NCBI RefSeq assembly: GCF_006345805.1
Contig: NW_021829920.1
Span: forward strand, 1 to 34,936
DNA: 34,936 nucleotides
Direction: 5' to 3'
From: Octopus sinensis
Lineage: Eukaryota
Position numbers and translations under genes: made by a program
Shown: positions 11,506 through 23,560 of the stretch, piece after piece
Position numbering within the stretch: position 1 is the stretch's first letter
How the letters are laid out: every line of letters starts with the position of its first letter
Notes under the pieces: model-generated
What the model saw: only the letters and a program-made list of their open reading frames with translations
The model's database searches: none
What the model was told of the DNA's origin: nothing

Positions 11506-12892
11506 CTTGTTAAATAAACTTTTATTCGACTCCCACTTTTACAGTAAACATTTTCTTGTAATTAGTTGGTATAAATTACTTCCTTTTTTTAACAAGTAAT
11601 TGAATATACTTTTAATTTTTTTTTTAATTAGACCAGTAATCACTGTTTTTTTCCTATTTTTACTCAAAAATTAAATATAAACGTTGTCTATTGACAATTT
11701 ACTCCGTCCATTTTCACACCTTGTTGTTTTCGTCTTCCGTTTCTTCGTTTCCTTCTCGTTGCCGATCATATATCTCTTGTCTGCAAAAGAAAAATTGAGA
11801 CCTTGCAATCAATGCTTTTGACAGTTTCAAATTCAGAACGAAATGGTTTGCAATGCGTTAGCAATTTTATAATTAAGTATTATTGTTCACTCGTTTGTAT
11901 AATATTGAGTTCTTTATTTTCTACGACGCGTACGCGTGCATGTCTGTGTGAGAGAGAGAAACAAAGATTATACAGAACGATTGTTGTTGCTAGCTGCCAG
12001 AGTATGAACTAAGTACATACACATACATAAACATTCGTACATAAACATTCGTACATACCAATTCGTACATACACATCCAGCCACACTTAACTATGCATCC
12101 AACTATACGCCGTTATCCAGCCATGCAGTCGTCTGCTGTTTCAAAAAACTTCCAGTGCGCCTGCGCAGTAGTATGACTCTGAAACTTATTGCTTCTGCCA
12201 ACAACTGTGTCAGTTCGTAGTAGTGTGTGTGTTCGTGCGTGCGCGCGTGTGTGTGTGTGTGTGTGTGCGTGTGTGTGTGTGTGTGTGTTTTAAAGATGTT
12301 GGTCGAAAGGGTACGAGTTTGTACCCGAGGAACCTGCGAAAGTTTTCTTGGAATGGGTCGGTGAATATGTAAAGGATGGGTGATGTTAGTGCACATTACA
12401 AGTTGATAGGAACAGATGGGCAAGAAAAGGTGTTCCGCGATTACATCGTTAGGAATGTCTAGATGTTTTATGGAGGGGGATAGGAAGCCTGTTTCAAACA
12501 GGATATGAGTGTGTATGGATGTTTCGTTTCTTCGTATGTGTATATGCGTATGTAATGTAAATAATCCGCAAGTTCGACACAGCAGACAAAGAGAAAAGCC
12601 AACTTGAAAATTTGAAAAGGTTCAAAGACCAAAGTAAAAGGAATTGTTTTCTCTCTAGCTTTTTAAAAGAGAACATACGCACGTGGAGTTGTTATGTGTT
12701 GCGGCTTTCATTAGGGGCGAACAATAACGGACCTATGGTACATAAAAACTGAGAATTTCGCATTTATGTTCCAGTTCAGAGATAACATCGCTACTAAGCA
12801 CTGTACATAAACTATACTGTTGTCTGTCCCTACAATAAGACAATAAGACTACACATACACACACACACACGCTCATATATGTATATGAAACA

Positions 12893-12936
<44 letters not shown>

Positions 12937-13006
12937 CATAAATACATACATACATACATACTATCTTAATATATTATCTATATATATATTAAGTGTCTCT
13001 CCACAA

Positions 13007-13157
13007 ATTTTCTATAGAATTTAGAGCCACCACTGAAAGTTACGTCTTGTATACGAATACGTCTATGTAAACAAACTTTGGTCGCATTGCTTACATAGAC
13101 GTATTCGTATACGAAACGTCATTACTTTCGGTACTGGCTCCAAATTCTATTGAAAAT
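13007..13157. repeat. Foldback inverted repeat (arms ~64/67 bp, 20-nt loop)
   Basis: Perfect 22-bp inner stem GTATACGAATACGTCTATGTAA (13049-13070) / 13091-13112; imperfect pairing extends to 13007 and 13157. Confidence 0.9.
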
Positions 13158-14299
13158 CTACAAGGATACACTTCAAAAAATGTAAACAACGCGCCTGCTA
13201 ACACAAAGTAGGAGACGGTATAGAGTTAAAACTTTTAATACACTTGGCAGTATATTATGGCTGCAAAACGGAATACGGTATCCCTACAAGCAATTAATAC
13301 ATACGCGCAAGCACACACACACAAATACACACACACACGTGTGCACACGTTTATATATACATGCAAACAGATATGTAGTCTTCGAAATAGTTTTCTCCTT
13401 TCTGATTTTGAGAAGCCTAATGTCTCAAGATTGGTATTTTGGCAGATATACATGTGTGTGAGCGTTAGCGTGTGTTTTTGTGTGTGTATGTGTTTGTATG
13501 CGTGTTTGAGCATGTGTGTGTGTGTGTGTGTTGTTCCTGTACGTGTGTGCGTATGTCTGTGTGTTTTATATGTATAGTCCGACTCTTCATCTGACTAGAC
13601 TACAGAGCTGCCTTTGTCTTTGCAATAACAGACTCGACACGGCACTTCTGTCCATCTCTCGAATGTATAACTTACACACCTGTTTGCCTAAACCGTATTG
13701 TGCTTATCTTCCCTTATGATATTCCATATTCTAATTTAATTAGAAATTTGAGAAGCAAATTTAAAACAAAAAACGGAGTTGACTCATCAGATAATATAGA
13801 CAAGAAGCGCCCATTATGACAAAATATAAATGGGATGGTTACAGTTGGAACAAATGCGATTCGAGGTCTGCTGCGTCAAGGCTGACTTTGGAGGTTTAAG
13901 CAACGGCATTATTTTCCGAATTTGTAAGTTCACTGCTCTCGTTCGCCCCTCTGCCCCCCCAACCACCACCACCACCATCGTCGCCACCATCTCGCCCTTA
14001 CCCACAGACTTAACTTGACTCATAGGGTTCGAGTTCCGTTGTTTCCCCCTACAAACATGGCCCACCCATTTAGTATTTAGACTGAAGAGCTTCACACTTG
14101 AAAACTATGACATCCGGGTACATCTCACCCCCGGTCCACACAGCACCCACCTCGCCTAATTTTTCATTGACGTCCATCCTCCATTTTTTCATTTTTTTTT
14201 TCAACAAGAAAAAAGATAAAATTAAAGAGCAGACGTGTGGGGGTGGGAGAGCAGTTGTTGGAATAAGTTCACCTACTCACTGAATTAAACAGTAATTCT

Positions 14300-15033
14300 G
14301 TTTCTGTGTGTAACTGTATAAGTGTCAGTCTGTGTGTGTATGTGTATCTGTATGTATGTAGATATCTTTGTGCATGTGTGAGTTTGTTTATATGTATATG
14401 AATATGTATGAATATGCGTTTGTGTATGTGTGTGTTTGTGTCAGTTTATATATGTGTATGTGTGTGCATGTGGGTATATGTTTGTGTTTATACGCTGATG
14501 TTTGTGTCTATATATGCGTGTGTGTGTGTGTGTGTGTATATATGCTTGTATGCCAACGTTTACGTATGTATATACGTATTTTTCTGTGTCTGTGTTTGTA
14601 CATGTATGCGTATATATGTGTGCATGCGTATACATGTCTGGGGTAGCCAATTGCCTCCCTCTCCCCCTCTCTCTCTCTCTTATCCCTCTGTCTCCCCTTT
14701 TTCTCTCTCTCTCTCTCTTCCCTCTGTCGCTGTATTTCCCTCTTACTCTCTCTGTCTCTCCTCTCTCCTTTTCTTTTCCCTCTGTCGCTGTCTCTCCCCT
14801 TTCTCTGTCTCTCTCTCTCTTTCTCTCTCTCTCTTCCCTCTGTCGCTGTCTTTCCCTCTTTCTCTCTCTTCCCTCTGTTTCTGTCTTTCCTTCTTTCTCT
14901 CTCTGTCTCTCCTCTCTCTCTTCCCTCTGTTGCTGTCTTTCCCTCTTTCTGTCTGTCTCTCTTCTCCCTCTTTCCCTCTCTCCTCCTCTCCTCTCTCTCC
15001 CCCCTCTCTCTCTCTCCCCCCCCTCTCTCTCTC

Positions 15034-15064
<31 letters not shown>

Positions 15065-15065
15065 C
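14300..15065. repeat. (TG)-rich then (CT)-rich low-complexity blocks
   Basis: Directly visible; source of the V/C/Y- and L/S/E/R-rich ORFs. Confidence 0.9.
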
Positions 15066-15179
15066 TTTCCTCACACTACACCCATTTCCTGTCCTTAAGT
15101 TGACCAAAACCTCCATCTTCAAGCATTGATTTTGTCGAAAAGGTTTTAAATCCTGTTTTAAAAAAAACAACTCCTTGAC

Positions 15180-15990
15180 TCACACCTCGCTACTTCCAAC
15201 ATTATCCCTATTACCCTTACCACTACCATAACTACCACCAACACCACCACCACCATCGTCAGTACCACTACCACCAAAACCCTCAGTGCTACCACCAGCA
15301 CTAACAACATGACCACCAACGTCACTGCCAACACTACCACCAGCGCCATCACCAATTTCTCCACCAACACTATTATTACCTTCACCTCTACCAAAATTCA
15401 CTACAGCTGACACTACCACCCATACCAATATCACTACCACCCACACAACGCCACTAACACAACTATTACTATTATCATCAACAACAGCATAACATCACCA
15501 ACACTACCACTACCACTACAACCGAACACAAACAACATCACCACAACCAACACTACAGTCGACACTACCGCCATCATCACAACAACCAACTCTGTCTACC
15601 ACTACCACTATAACCAACACTAACATCACCACTACAACCGAACACAAACATCATCACCACAACCAACACCACCACTATAACCAACACTACAACCACCACT
15701 ACAACCGAACATAAACATCATCACCACAATCAACACCACCACTATAACCAACACTACCACCACCACTACAACCACCACTACAACCAACACTACAATCAAT
15801 ACTACAACCAACATTAACATCAGCATCACCATCGCAACTACTACCACCAACACCACCACCACCACCAACAACAACAACAATAGCAGCTACATTTCCATCG
15901 CCACCTCCTCCTCTTCCTCCACCACTACCACCGTTACTAACAGCATCGTCGCTATCACTATTAGCAACAGCAACAACAACAACGACGACT
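15180..15990. repeat. C/A-rich degenerate trinucleotide region containing a 67-bp tandem duplication
   Basis: CTACAACCGAACA(C/T)AAACA at 15516, 15632 and 15699. Confidence 0.85.
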
Positions 15991-16109
15991 GAAACAAGTG
16001 CTTCCTCTTGAGAAAGAAATGGTAAAATGTCATGCAAGGAAACAATTAATTCAAAACTGTGTTGCATATTGGTTCTTCAGTTGATCCACTTGTAGAGTCA
16101 TCACCAGAC

Positions 16110-16379
16110 AACCAACACACACACGCACACGCACACATATACATATACATATACATATGCATACATGCATACATATACATATATACATGCATACATGCAT
16201 GCATATATAATATTTATATATATATATGTATGTATATGAATGCATATACACATACATACATTTGTACATGTATTTGTGTACGTGTGTGTATACATGTATG
16301 CATGCATGTATATATGTGTGTGTATGCATGTCATTACTAATTGCTTAGTATTACCTTACTATATGTGTGTGTAATGTAT

Positions 16380-16418
<39 letters not shown>

Positions 16419-16426
16419 ATGCATAT

Positions 16427-16479
<53 letters not shown>

Positions 16480-16661
16480 ATATATAAATGTATATGTATA
16501 TGTATATACACATATATATACATATATATATATACACATGTATATGTATATACATATATATATATGCATATATATGTGCATGTCTATATATATTTACATG
16601 TATATATATACATATATATATGTATATATATGTATCATACATATATATATATGTATATGTA

Positions 16662-16754
<93 letters not shown>

Positions 16755-16770
16755 ACGTATATATGCCTCC
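16110..16770. repeat. Compound (CA)/(TA)/(TATG)/(CT) microsatellite blocks
   Basis: Directly visible. Confidence 0.9.
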
Positions 16771-17284
16771 CTACTGACTCTTTGTACCTTACTAAACGAC
16801 TGGTGAACTTATGAAAATGCAAACATTTCAAACAACAGCAACTGGTAAACAGGAAGGTATTATTCTCGCATTGTTTAGCTTTAGTTGCATATTTAATAAT
16901 GAGTTAAGTATGTATGGAATTTACTCTAAAGCTCTAAAGTGGTTTTAGACGAGGGTCAGCTTGATAATTGGAAGTATATATCAATGTGTATTGTACGCTA
17001 TTCAGCGTTGGACTCCCATTGTCTCTGTATTTCAACTAAAACGTTCATTGTTTCTTGGCGTGTTGTGAGTGGAGGGAGATCTTGATTTACGTGTCTTTAA
17101 TGCGAAATTTAGCTTTAAAAGCCATTGTTTTTATTTTTAAGTTGATTGGTCTAAAGCCAGGTGTAAGTAGCTCTTGATATATGTTATGTGAATGCTGTAC
17201 AACTCGTATACATGAGCGTATGTATAACTATACGGTGATACGATAATGTCTTTTGTTCTGTTAATGTTTCTGAAGGCATGTTAG

Positions 17285-17891
17285 CATTGTGTTGAGTCAA
17301 ACGTTTTGCAGCATTTTGGTAACTTAAGGCGGCGAGCTGGCAGAATGGTTTGCACGCCGGGCGGTCTGCCGTTACGGTCTGAGTTCAAATTCCACCGAGG
17401 TCGACTTTGCCTTTCATCCTTTTCAGGATCGATTAAATAAAGTACCAGTTACGCACCGGGGTCGATGTAATCAACTTAATCCCTCTGTCTGTCCTTTTTT
17501 ATCCCCTCTATGGGCAATAAAGAAATAAATATTTCGGTACCTTATTTTGCTTTATTCCTAAAGTTACAAGAAAAGCAGCTTCGCATTCAGCGTAGAGGCC
17601 TTCGTGTTGCACCATCTGAAGCCACTTTTCTGCTAGTTCTTTGATTCCATGCTGATACCTCTTCTTATCCTTCGAGGCGAAGAACTCTGCAACTGAAGCT
17701 TCCACTTCCTCTTGGTTCATGAAGTGTCGCGAGCACAGGAAGTCACAGGCAAGAACTGGTGTCAGCGTGGAATCAAAGAACTGGCAGAAAGGTGGCTTCA
17801 GATGGTACCACACGATGGCCTCTACTGTGTTGTTCATCAATAAAGCAACTAAATTGCCAAAATATTGCAAAACTTTTGACTCAACACAATA
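17285..17891. mobile_element. Non-autonomous mariner derivative made of two inverted 3' ends, with a SINE inside the left end
   Basis: TIRs (CA)TTGTGTTGAGTCAAACGTTTTGC at 17285 and GCAAAACTTTTGACTCAACACAA(TA) ending 17891, resembling the Hsmar1-type TTAGGTTGGTGCAAAAGT TIR with a TA target. Mariner C-terminus on the minus strand: ACDF...EEVEASVAEFFASKDKKRYQHGIKELAEKWLQMVQHEGLY; on the plus strand: RGIKELAERWLQMVPHDGLY. Inner arms 17592-17659 and 17758-17825 are 61/68 complementary. Confidence 0.85.
17326..17527 (+). mobile_element. SINE family B (B1 tail), monomer, inserted in the mariner end
   Basis: AAGGCGGCGAGCTGGCAGAATGG...AATAAAGAAATA; degenerate 16-bp TSD AGCATTTTGGTAACTT (17310-17325) / AATATTTCGGTACCTT (17528-17543), 4 mismatches. 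Confidence 0.88.
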
Positions 17892-19119
17892 GTATATGAA
17901 TTTGGAATTATTCTCTGTAAAACCTGTCCGGTTGCTGTCAATCAAGGCATCCTAACGGTATATTACTAAATTTGTAAGGTAGAGACCACCAAGTTGGTAG
18001 ATCATGGAGATGAATACAGTTGATTGTCAAAAATGTTTCCGGTCATTATTCGTACGTGTTTTCTGACGTTGATATTTGCTATAAACGCTGCGAAACCAGG
18101 TGTAGACCGGTAACTTTTGACGTTGTCTTCTTTGAATATATTATGATAGCTGTGTTTAATTGAGAAATGCTGTTGTATCGAAATTAAAACGTTACAGGCG
18201 AGCTTTATACGAGCACTGAGCCTGGAGTGGAAGTAAACCGGTCTATTTTTTGTTTAGGTTCTTTTCGGGGAATCGGATCACCAGATTTTCTGGTGAAGGG
18301 GGTCTTATCTAAGGTTAGGCTAGATAAGTGTATAAGAGAATCCTTATGTTTTTGATTAGGTTTTTCATGATGGAGGGTGGGTGTTTAGAACTTTTGTGGA
18401 GTATGTAGGCCTTTCCTGGATGCACCGTAGTCTTCCATTGGATTCTCTAGTGTCTTAGTGTCTATTGTTGTCCAGGTTTAGAGTAACATTGAACACAACG
18501 AAGTATTAAGAAAGACATTATTGCGTCTAACTGGGCCCGTTCTGCAGAAACTAGATCATTTGTATGCAGAATCATCATTAAGATGAATACCAACAGGAGG
18601 AAGGAGAAGGTGGGCAAAACCGAGGGTCACGTGGTGTCGAACTTTTCAAGAGGACCCAAAAGAAGTCACAAGAACTGGGGAAAACAGAAAAACACGGAAG
18701 CGGTCGAAAACATTGGAGGAGAACGAACGCCTGATGCAAAAACAAGTGTGGGATGCGCTAGCTATCAACTGTTATATGCTGCTGAGGACTGTGCTTTCGG
18801 ATTATATAAATAATGGTGTTATCGTTATTTTGCACCTGAGGCGCTGACTTTGTTGGGTTTTTTTTTAGCTATAAGTTGGTCGTGACTGTGCAGACTTATG
18901 ATCAAAGACATTCCATCAGTCATCACTCAGCCATTTTTCTTTTTTCTTTCCTAGACATAGTCTTTTCCGGTCTACATTCGTTCTCCATTGCGTCATTTCT
19001 GTTTTACTTGCTTATTCAAGATGCAAAGGGTGATTTGAGGGAGATTTGACTGCTATTTATAGCAAGTCCAGCAACCAACTGAAAAATTGTGACAACAGCT
19101 GCGTCAATGATAGGGATAG

Positions 19120-19170
19120 CAGCAGCTGTGCAACAGAAGCTGCAGCCACAGCAGCAGCAGCAGCGGCAGC

Positions 19171-19205
<35 letters not shown>

Positions 19206-19561
19206 GGTGGTGGTGGTGGTGGTGGTGGTGGTGGTGGTGGTAGTGGTAGTAGTAGTAGTAGTAGTAGTAGGAGGAGGAGGAGGAGGAGGAGGAGGAATTT
19301 GGATAGTAGAATGATTAAAAAACACATTGCATGTGAGAGGTGTCAACGGCTCGAATATAGCAATTAGTGAGTTATTTACCGTCAATATGTCATTCCTTAC
19401 AGCTGACACACCAATGCCAATCTCCCCCCTCTCTCTCTCCTCACACACACACACACATACACACACACACACACACATACATATGTGTGGTGTGTGTGTG
19501 TATGTATGTATGTATGTAGTACTTACATATGTTTGTGCTTGCATATATATATACATATATA

Positions 19562-19597
<36 letters not shown>

Positions 19598-19790
19598 TGT
19601 ATGTTCGTGTGTATATGTATATATATATGAATGCACTTACACACATTTGTTTGCATATATATGTGTGTGTGTGTGTGTACATGTATGTATGAACGCATAA
19701 ACACATACGCACCAGCACACATACATGCACACAGTGACACACTCACACACACACACACATACACACACACACCATACGCATATTTCATTA
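19120..19790. repeat. (AGC)-(AGT)-(GGT)-(AGT)-(AGG) ladder, then CT/CA/TATG microsatellites (short unique spacer ~19300-19425)
   Basis: Directly visible. Confidence 0.88.
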
Positions 19791-20124
19791 TCCTATCCGT
19801 TCTTTAGTCTAACTTCCTGTCTTTCTTCCTTTCTTCCTTTCTTACTCCATTCCTTTCTCCTTTCCTTTCTTTGTCTCATCCTTCCTACCTTCCAGTGATA
19901 AACAGCACTAATTAATTTCATTGTCTTTCCTCTAATTATTTAATTATATATATATGTCACGTGCACATTGTCCTTTTGCTGTTGTCTAACCCCCATCTCA
20001 CCATTCACCATTGATTGAGCAGGTATATGATGAAAGGCCTTCCAGCCGCGGCCGTCTCACTTTGTTTCAGTCGTTGAAAAATATTTAGATTTATACTATA
20101 CAAGGTTCCCTTTAAGAGTGTACA

Positions 20125-20174
20125 GTTGTGTATAGTGATATATATGCATATATATATATATATATATAATATAT

Positions 20175-20227
<53 letters not shown>

Positions 20228-20237
20228 TATATATATA
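20125..20237. repeat. (TA)n microsatellite
   Basis: Directly visible. Confidence 0.92.
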
Positions 20238-20679
20238 CGCGAGAAGAAGCAACAAGAATGGATAGGTTTTTAGTACAATCGTTCATACAAGGACAGGCTT
20301 TATTAAAAGTTGTAAAAATTACAGCATATAAACGTGTCCCGTACTCATCAGCTAAAATACATGTGAGTTCTCTAGACATCCTAGTGGTTGAGGCTATACT
20401 CATGAAGTAATGTAGATAATAAGTAACATAAACAGATTTCCAAAGTTCATTAAAGTTCTTTAAAGATGATGTACAGTCTTATCACAGAATTTTAAAAAAG
20501 TTCTATAGCATCACGAGAAGGTGACCTAATCCATAGAGCACGTATGAATTTCCAGAGATATGATGAGGATTACATACTCACAGAAGACAAATTTATCCAT
20601 TGTTAATCACAACGAGGTGGGTCTCAATTCCTGCTTATTAGCATTACAGAGAGGGGGAATTAATCCTTTGTATAGATGC

Positions 20680-20728
<49 letters not shown>

Positions 20729-20765
20729 GTACACATACATACATATCTACATACACACACACATA

Positions 20766-21097
20766 TTCTTTTACCAGTTTCAATCATTTGACTGTGGCCA
20801 TGCTGGAGCACCGCCTTTACTCGAACAAATCGACCTCAGGAATTATTCTCTGTAAGCCTAGTACCTTATTTTATTGGTGTCTTTTGCCGAACCGCCGAGT
20901 TACAGCGACGTAAACACACCAACGTGTGTGTGTGTGTACGACGGGCTTCTTTCAGTTTCCGTATACCAAATCCGTTCACAAGGTCTTGGTCGGCCAGAGA
21001 CTATTGTAGGAGACATTTGCCCAAGATGTTATGCAGTGGGACTGAACCCAGAACCATGTGGTTGGGAAGCAAGCTTTTTACCACACAGCCACACTTG
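20766..21097 (-). mobile_element. SINE family A, near full length with an internal deletion
   Basis: Reverse complement is colinear with 10717-11100; the internal SSR is (GT)n at ~20924-20937. Confidence 0.88.
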
Positions 21098-21109
21098 TAT
21101 GGAGAGATA

Positions 21110-21330
<221 letters not shown>

Positions 21331-21423
21331 ACACAGAGAACGAGATATAACTGAGAACATATTACGCAATATAATAAAACAACTCTTATCTATCAAAAAC
21401 CAAACATATATTCATAAAAATGT

Positions 21424-22070
21424 GTGCAGATGTGCTCGACAAATTTTCATGTAAGATTTATTCAATTAATTCGACTCCAGCTTTGGTGCTTCGAATCGGA
21501 TCCGGCATTGTTGACATGCTTTCATGAAATGGTCCTTATCCATTTCGGGTATCACATATGCAATGGCGGTCTTCAGTGAAGCTACGATATTGTGAGGGTG
21601 TCCATTAGTCTCCCTTTTAACAACGCTCGAAACTAGTTGTCCATGCGATTTAAATCTGGCAAGATTGGCGACCGCAAATTTGATGATATAAGTATCGTAA
21701 AGATTGTCTTTTTCCGTTCTTGGGTTATATGGGCTTTGTAAGAAAATGTTGGGTCTTCTTAAAATGCGTACGGCTTTCCACTGCGAATTTCATCCATGCA
21801 GGGTTTAACAAATGTCTCCAGCACCTCATCTTATCAACATTAGTTCTAAAACCCTGTGGGAAGATGTGAGGTGACATGATATGACCTTCGCTACTCACCA
21901 GTCCTAAAACTATCACAGTTGCTGGAAACTTAGAGGGCATCACCTTGGGGACATCAGAGGGATCTTCACATAGCCACCTGTCATTTCTCCAGTTATACTT
22001 TTAGTCTTGTTGAAGTGTTTCTCATCAGAGAAGAACCAAAGCATGCCATGTTTGTGAGGGTTAAATAACT
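21424..22070 (-). mobile_element. Decayed Tc1/mariner transposase, maT (DD37D)-like catalytic domain and 3' end
   Basis: Minus strand across frameshifts: GMLWFFSDEKHF (D1, 22018-22038), NDRWLCEDPSDVP, KFPATVIVLGLVSSEGHIMSPHIFPQG, PYAF*EDPTFSYKAHITQE (D2), NLRSPILPDLNRMD (decayed WPPNSPDLNPMD, D3) and SVVKRETNGHPHN...KACQQCRIRFEA. D2-D3 spacing is about 37 aa after correcting one frameshift. A possible TIR remnant lies at ~21424-21448. Confidence 0.82.
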
Positions 22071-22469
22071 GCTACAATTACGACCGAGTCTGAAAGCAAA
22101 GGAGAGATAATATCAAGTGATGAACAGTTCTCTGGAAGTAACATGCTATTAAGGAAGACAATTTGTCTTTTCTGGAATCAACAGAACAACTCTGAACATG
22201 TTTCTACCTCTTTAGGCGTCTTCAGTACAACATCAATTTTCATTGACTCCACCCAGACTTAGACATATACAACAAAAATAGAAAACATTTATGGGCTTAG
22301 TAATTTGCATAATTTAAAAATGAGTTCAGCCTACTAACCCAGGGAGGACAATGACAGGAGCATAAAGACCTTAAAGACGCAATTTCACATCTGCGCCTAC
22401 GAAACGTTGAACTTATATGTGACTCAATCAAACTGTTATTGTTTATCTATGTGCACGTGATTGTGTGTG

Positions 22470-22543
22470 TGTGTGTTTAACAACATGTTTATAGCTCTGT
22501 GTACATATATATGTGTATGTGTAGGCACATAAATAAGTGTGGT

Positions 22544-22579
<36 letters not shown>

Positions 22580-22687
22580 TGTATATATATGCATGTGTAT
22601 ACGTGTTTTTCTAACAACAGGAATATTTGCGTATACATGTGGAGGCATGGATAACTATTTGGATGTTTGTGTGTACTTTTCTGTACT

Positions 22688-22730
<43 letters not shown>

Positions 22731-23029
22731 GCGTGCATGTATTTATGTGTGCATGTATGCATGTATGTATATGTGCATACATATGCAGACATATATATCT
22801 GTGAAACAGCATGTGTATCCTTGCGTATATGTATGTGATTGTGTGAGTGTATGAATTAGTCCATCAATATGTGGGTGTATATATGCATTTAACATATGTG
22901 CGCGCACGTGTGTGAGTGTGGTGGTGGTGGTGTTGGGCGGTGGGTGTATTCAATGTAAATCCCATCTGGATATTTATGTCAACACGTAATTAGAATATAT
23001 AGTTCAGTAGTGTTACTACACATACATAG

Positions 23030-23065
<36 letters not shown>

Positions 23066-23105
23066 ACACACACACACACACACATTTATATATGTATATA
23101 TATAA
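22470..23105. repeat. Mixed (TG)/(TA)/(CA) microsatellite-rich region
   Basis: Directly visible. Confidence 0.85.
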
Positions 23106-23314
23106 AAGAATCAATATTATTGATTATAAATTGATCAAATAGATGTTGACGTATGCAAAAACAGAAACTAAAACCCAAGGAATTGAAATGTACCGCTTAA
23201 CCAATAAACCTAGCGGCAATAGTTGGCGATTCACAAAGTGAGGGGAGGTAATTCCGATAAATTCAGAATATTTATTTTATTTTTTTCTTTTATTTTTTTT
23301 TTGTCATATATATT

Positions 23315-23439
23315 CAGTAGAACCTAGGTTTTCGAACAAATCTCAAGAATAAATCGTGCTTTATATATATGTCTATATCTATCTATATAAAGCACGATTT
23401 ATTCGCGATCAGAGTCGTTCGAAAACCGAGGTACTTCTG
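23315..23439. repeat. Foldback inverted repeat (~125 bp)
   Basis: Perfect 21-bp stem 23347-23367 / 23384-23404, plus a 16-bp outer stem 23322-23337 / 23417-23432 (1 mismatch). Confidence 0.88.
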
Positions 23440-23527
23440 TATAATTATTTCTCAGTCTATTGGAAAACCTGGTTTTTGTTAATAGGTCAGAATTCAGTTA
23501 ACTAGTAAAGCTTAAACATGTTCTAAG

Positions 23528-23560
<33 letters not shown>

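Larger units (their letters stand above)
17040..18520 (-). mobile_element. Decayed Penelope-like element (RT thumb + GIY-YIG endonuclease), split by the mariner insertion at 17285-17891
   Basis: Minus-strand fragments: FNVTLNL (~18473-18493), PTY.HKSSKHPPSIMKNL (~18355-18410), QQHFSIKHSYHNIFKEDNVK.SY (~18110-18175), LGGLYLTNLVIYR (~17956-17995), TGFTENNSKFIY (~17892-17927) and, past the insertion, TLSYH and YTPG. These follow the PLE order FLDVTLNL, YIH..SNHPP, KHFP...LHKIFN.NTVK.SY, CPL.G.CL...VIY, YIG.TE..FK.RY. Heavily frameshifted; outer limits approximate. Confidence 0.78.

Noticed and set aside
12296-12379. 84-bp candidate exon (CWSKGYEFVPEEPAKVFLEWVGEYVKD)
   Set aside because: The peptide looks protein-like, but the acceptor (AAG after a TG repeat) and donor (GTGATG) are weak and I recognise no homolog.
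17508-17945. 145-aa ORF as a functional transposase gene
   Set aside because: It is a chimera of Penelope, TIR, an inverted arm, the mariner C-terminus and a SINE. It lacks the DNA-binding domain and the first two catalytic aspartates.
18583-18813. 76-aa ORF in non-repetitive sequence; also 34216-34570 ORFs
   Set aside because: They are short, have no recognisable motif and have no supporting splice structure.
22080-22430. Possible old LINE RT fragment (LGVF...K...G)
   Set aside because: The similarity is too faint and fragmented to support a call.
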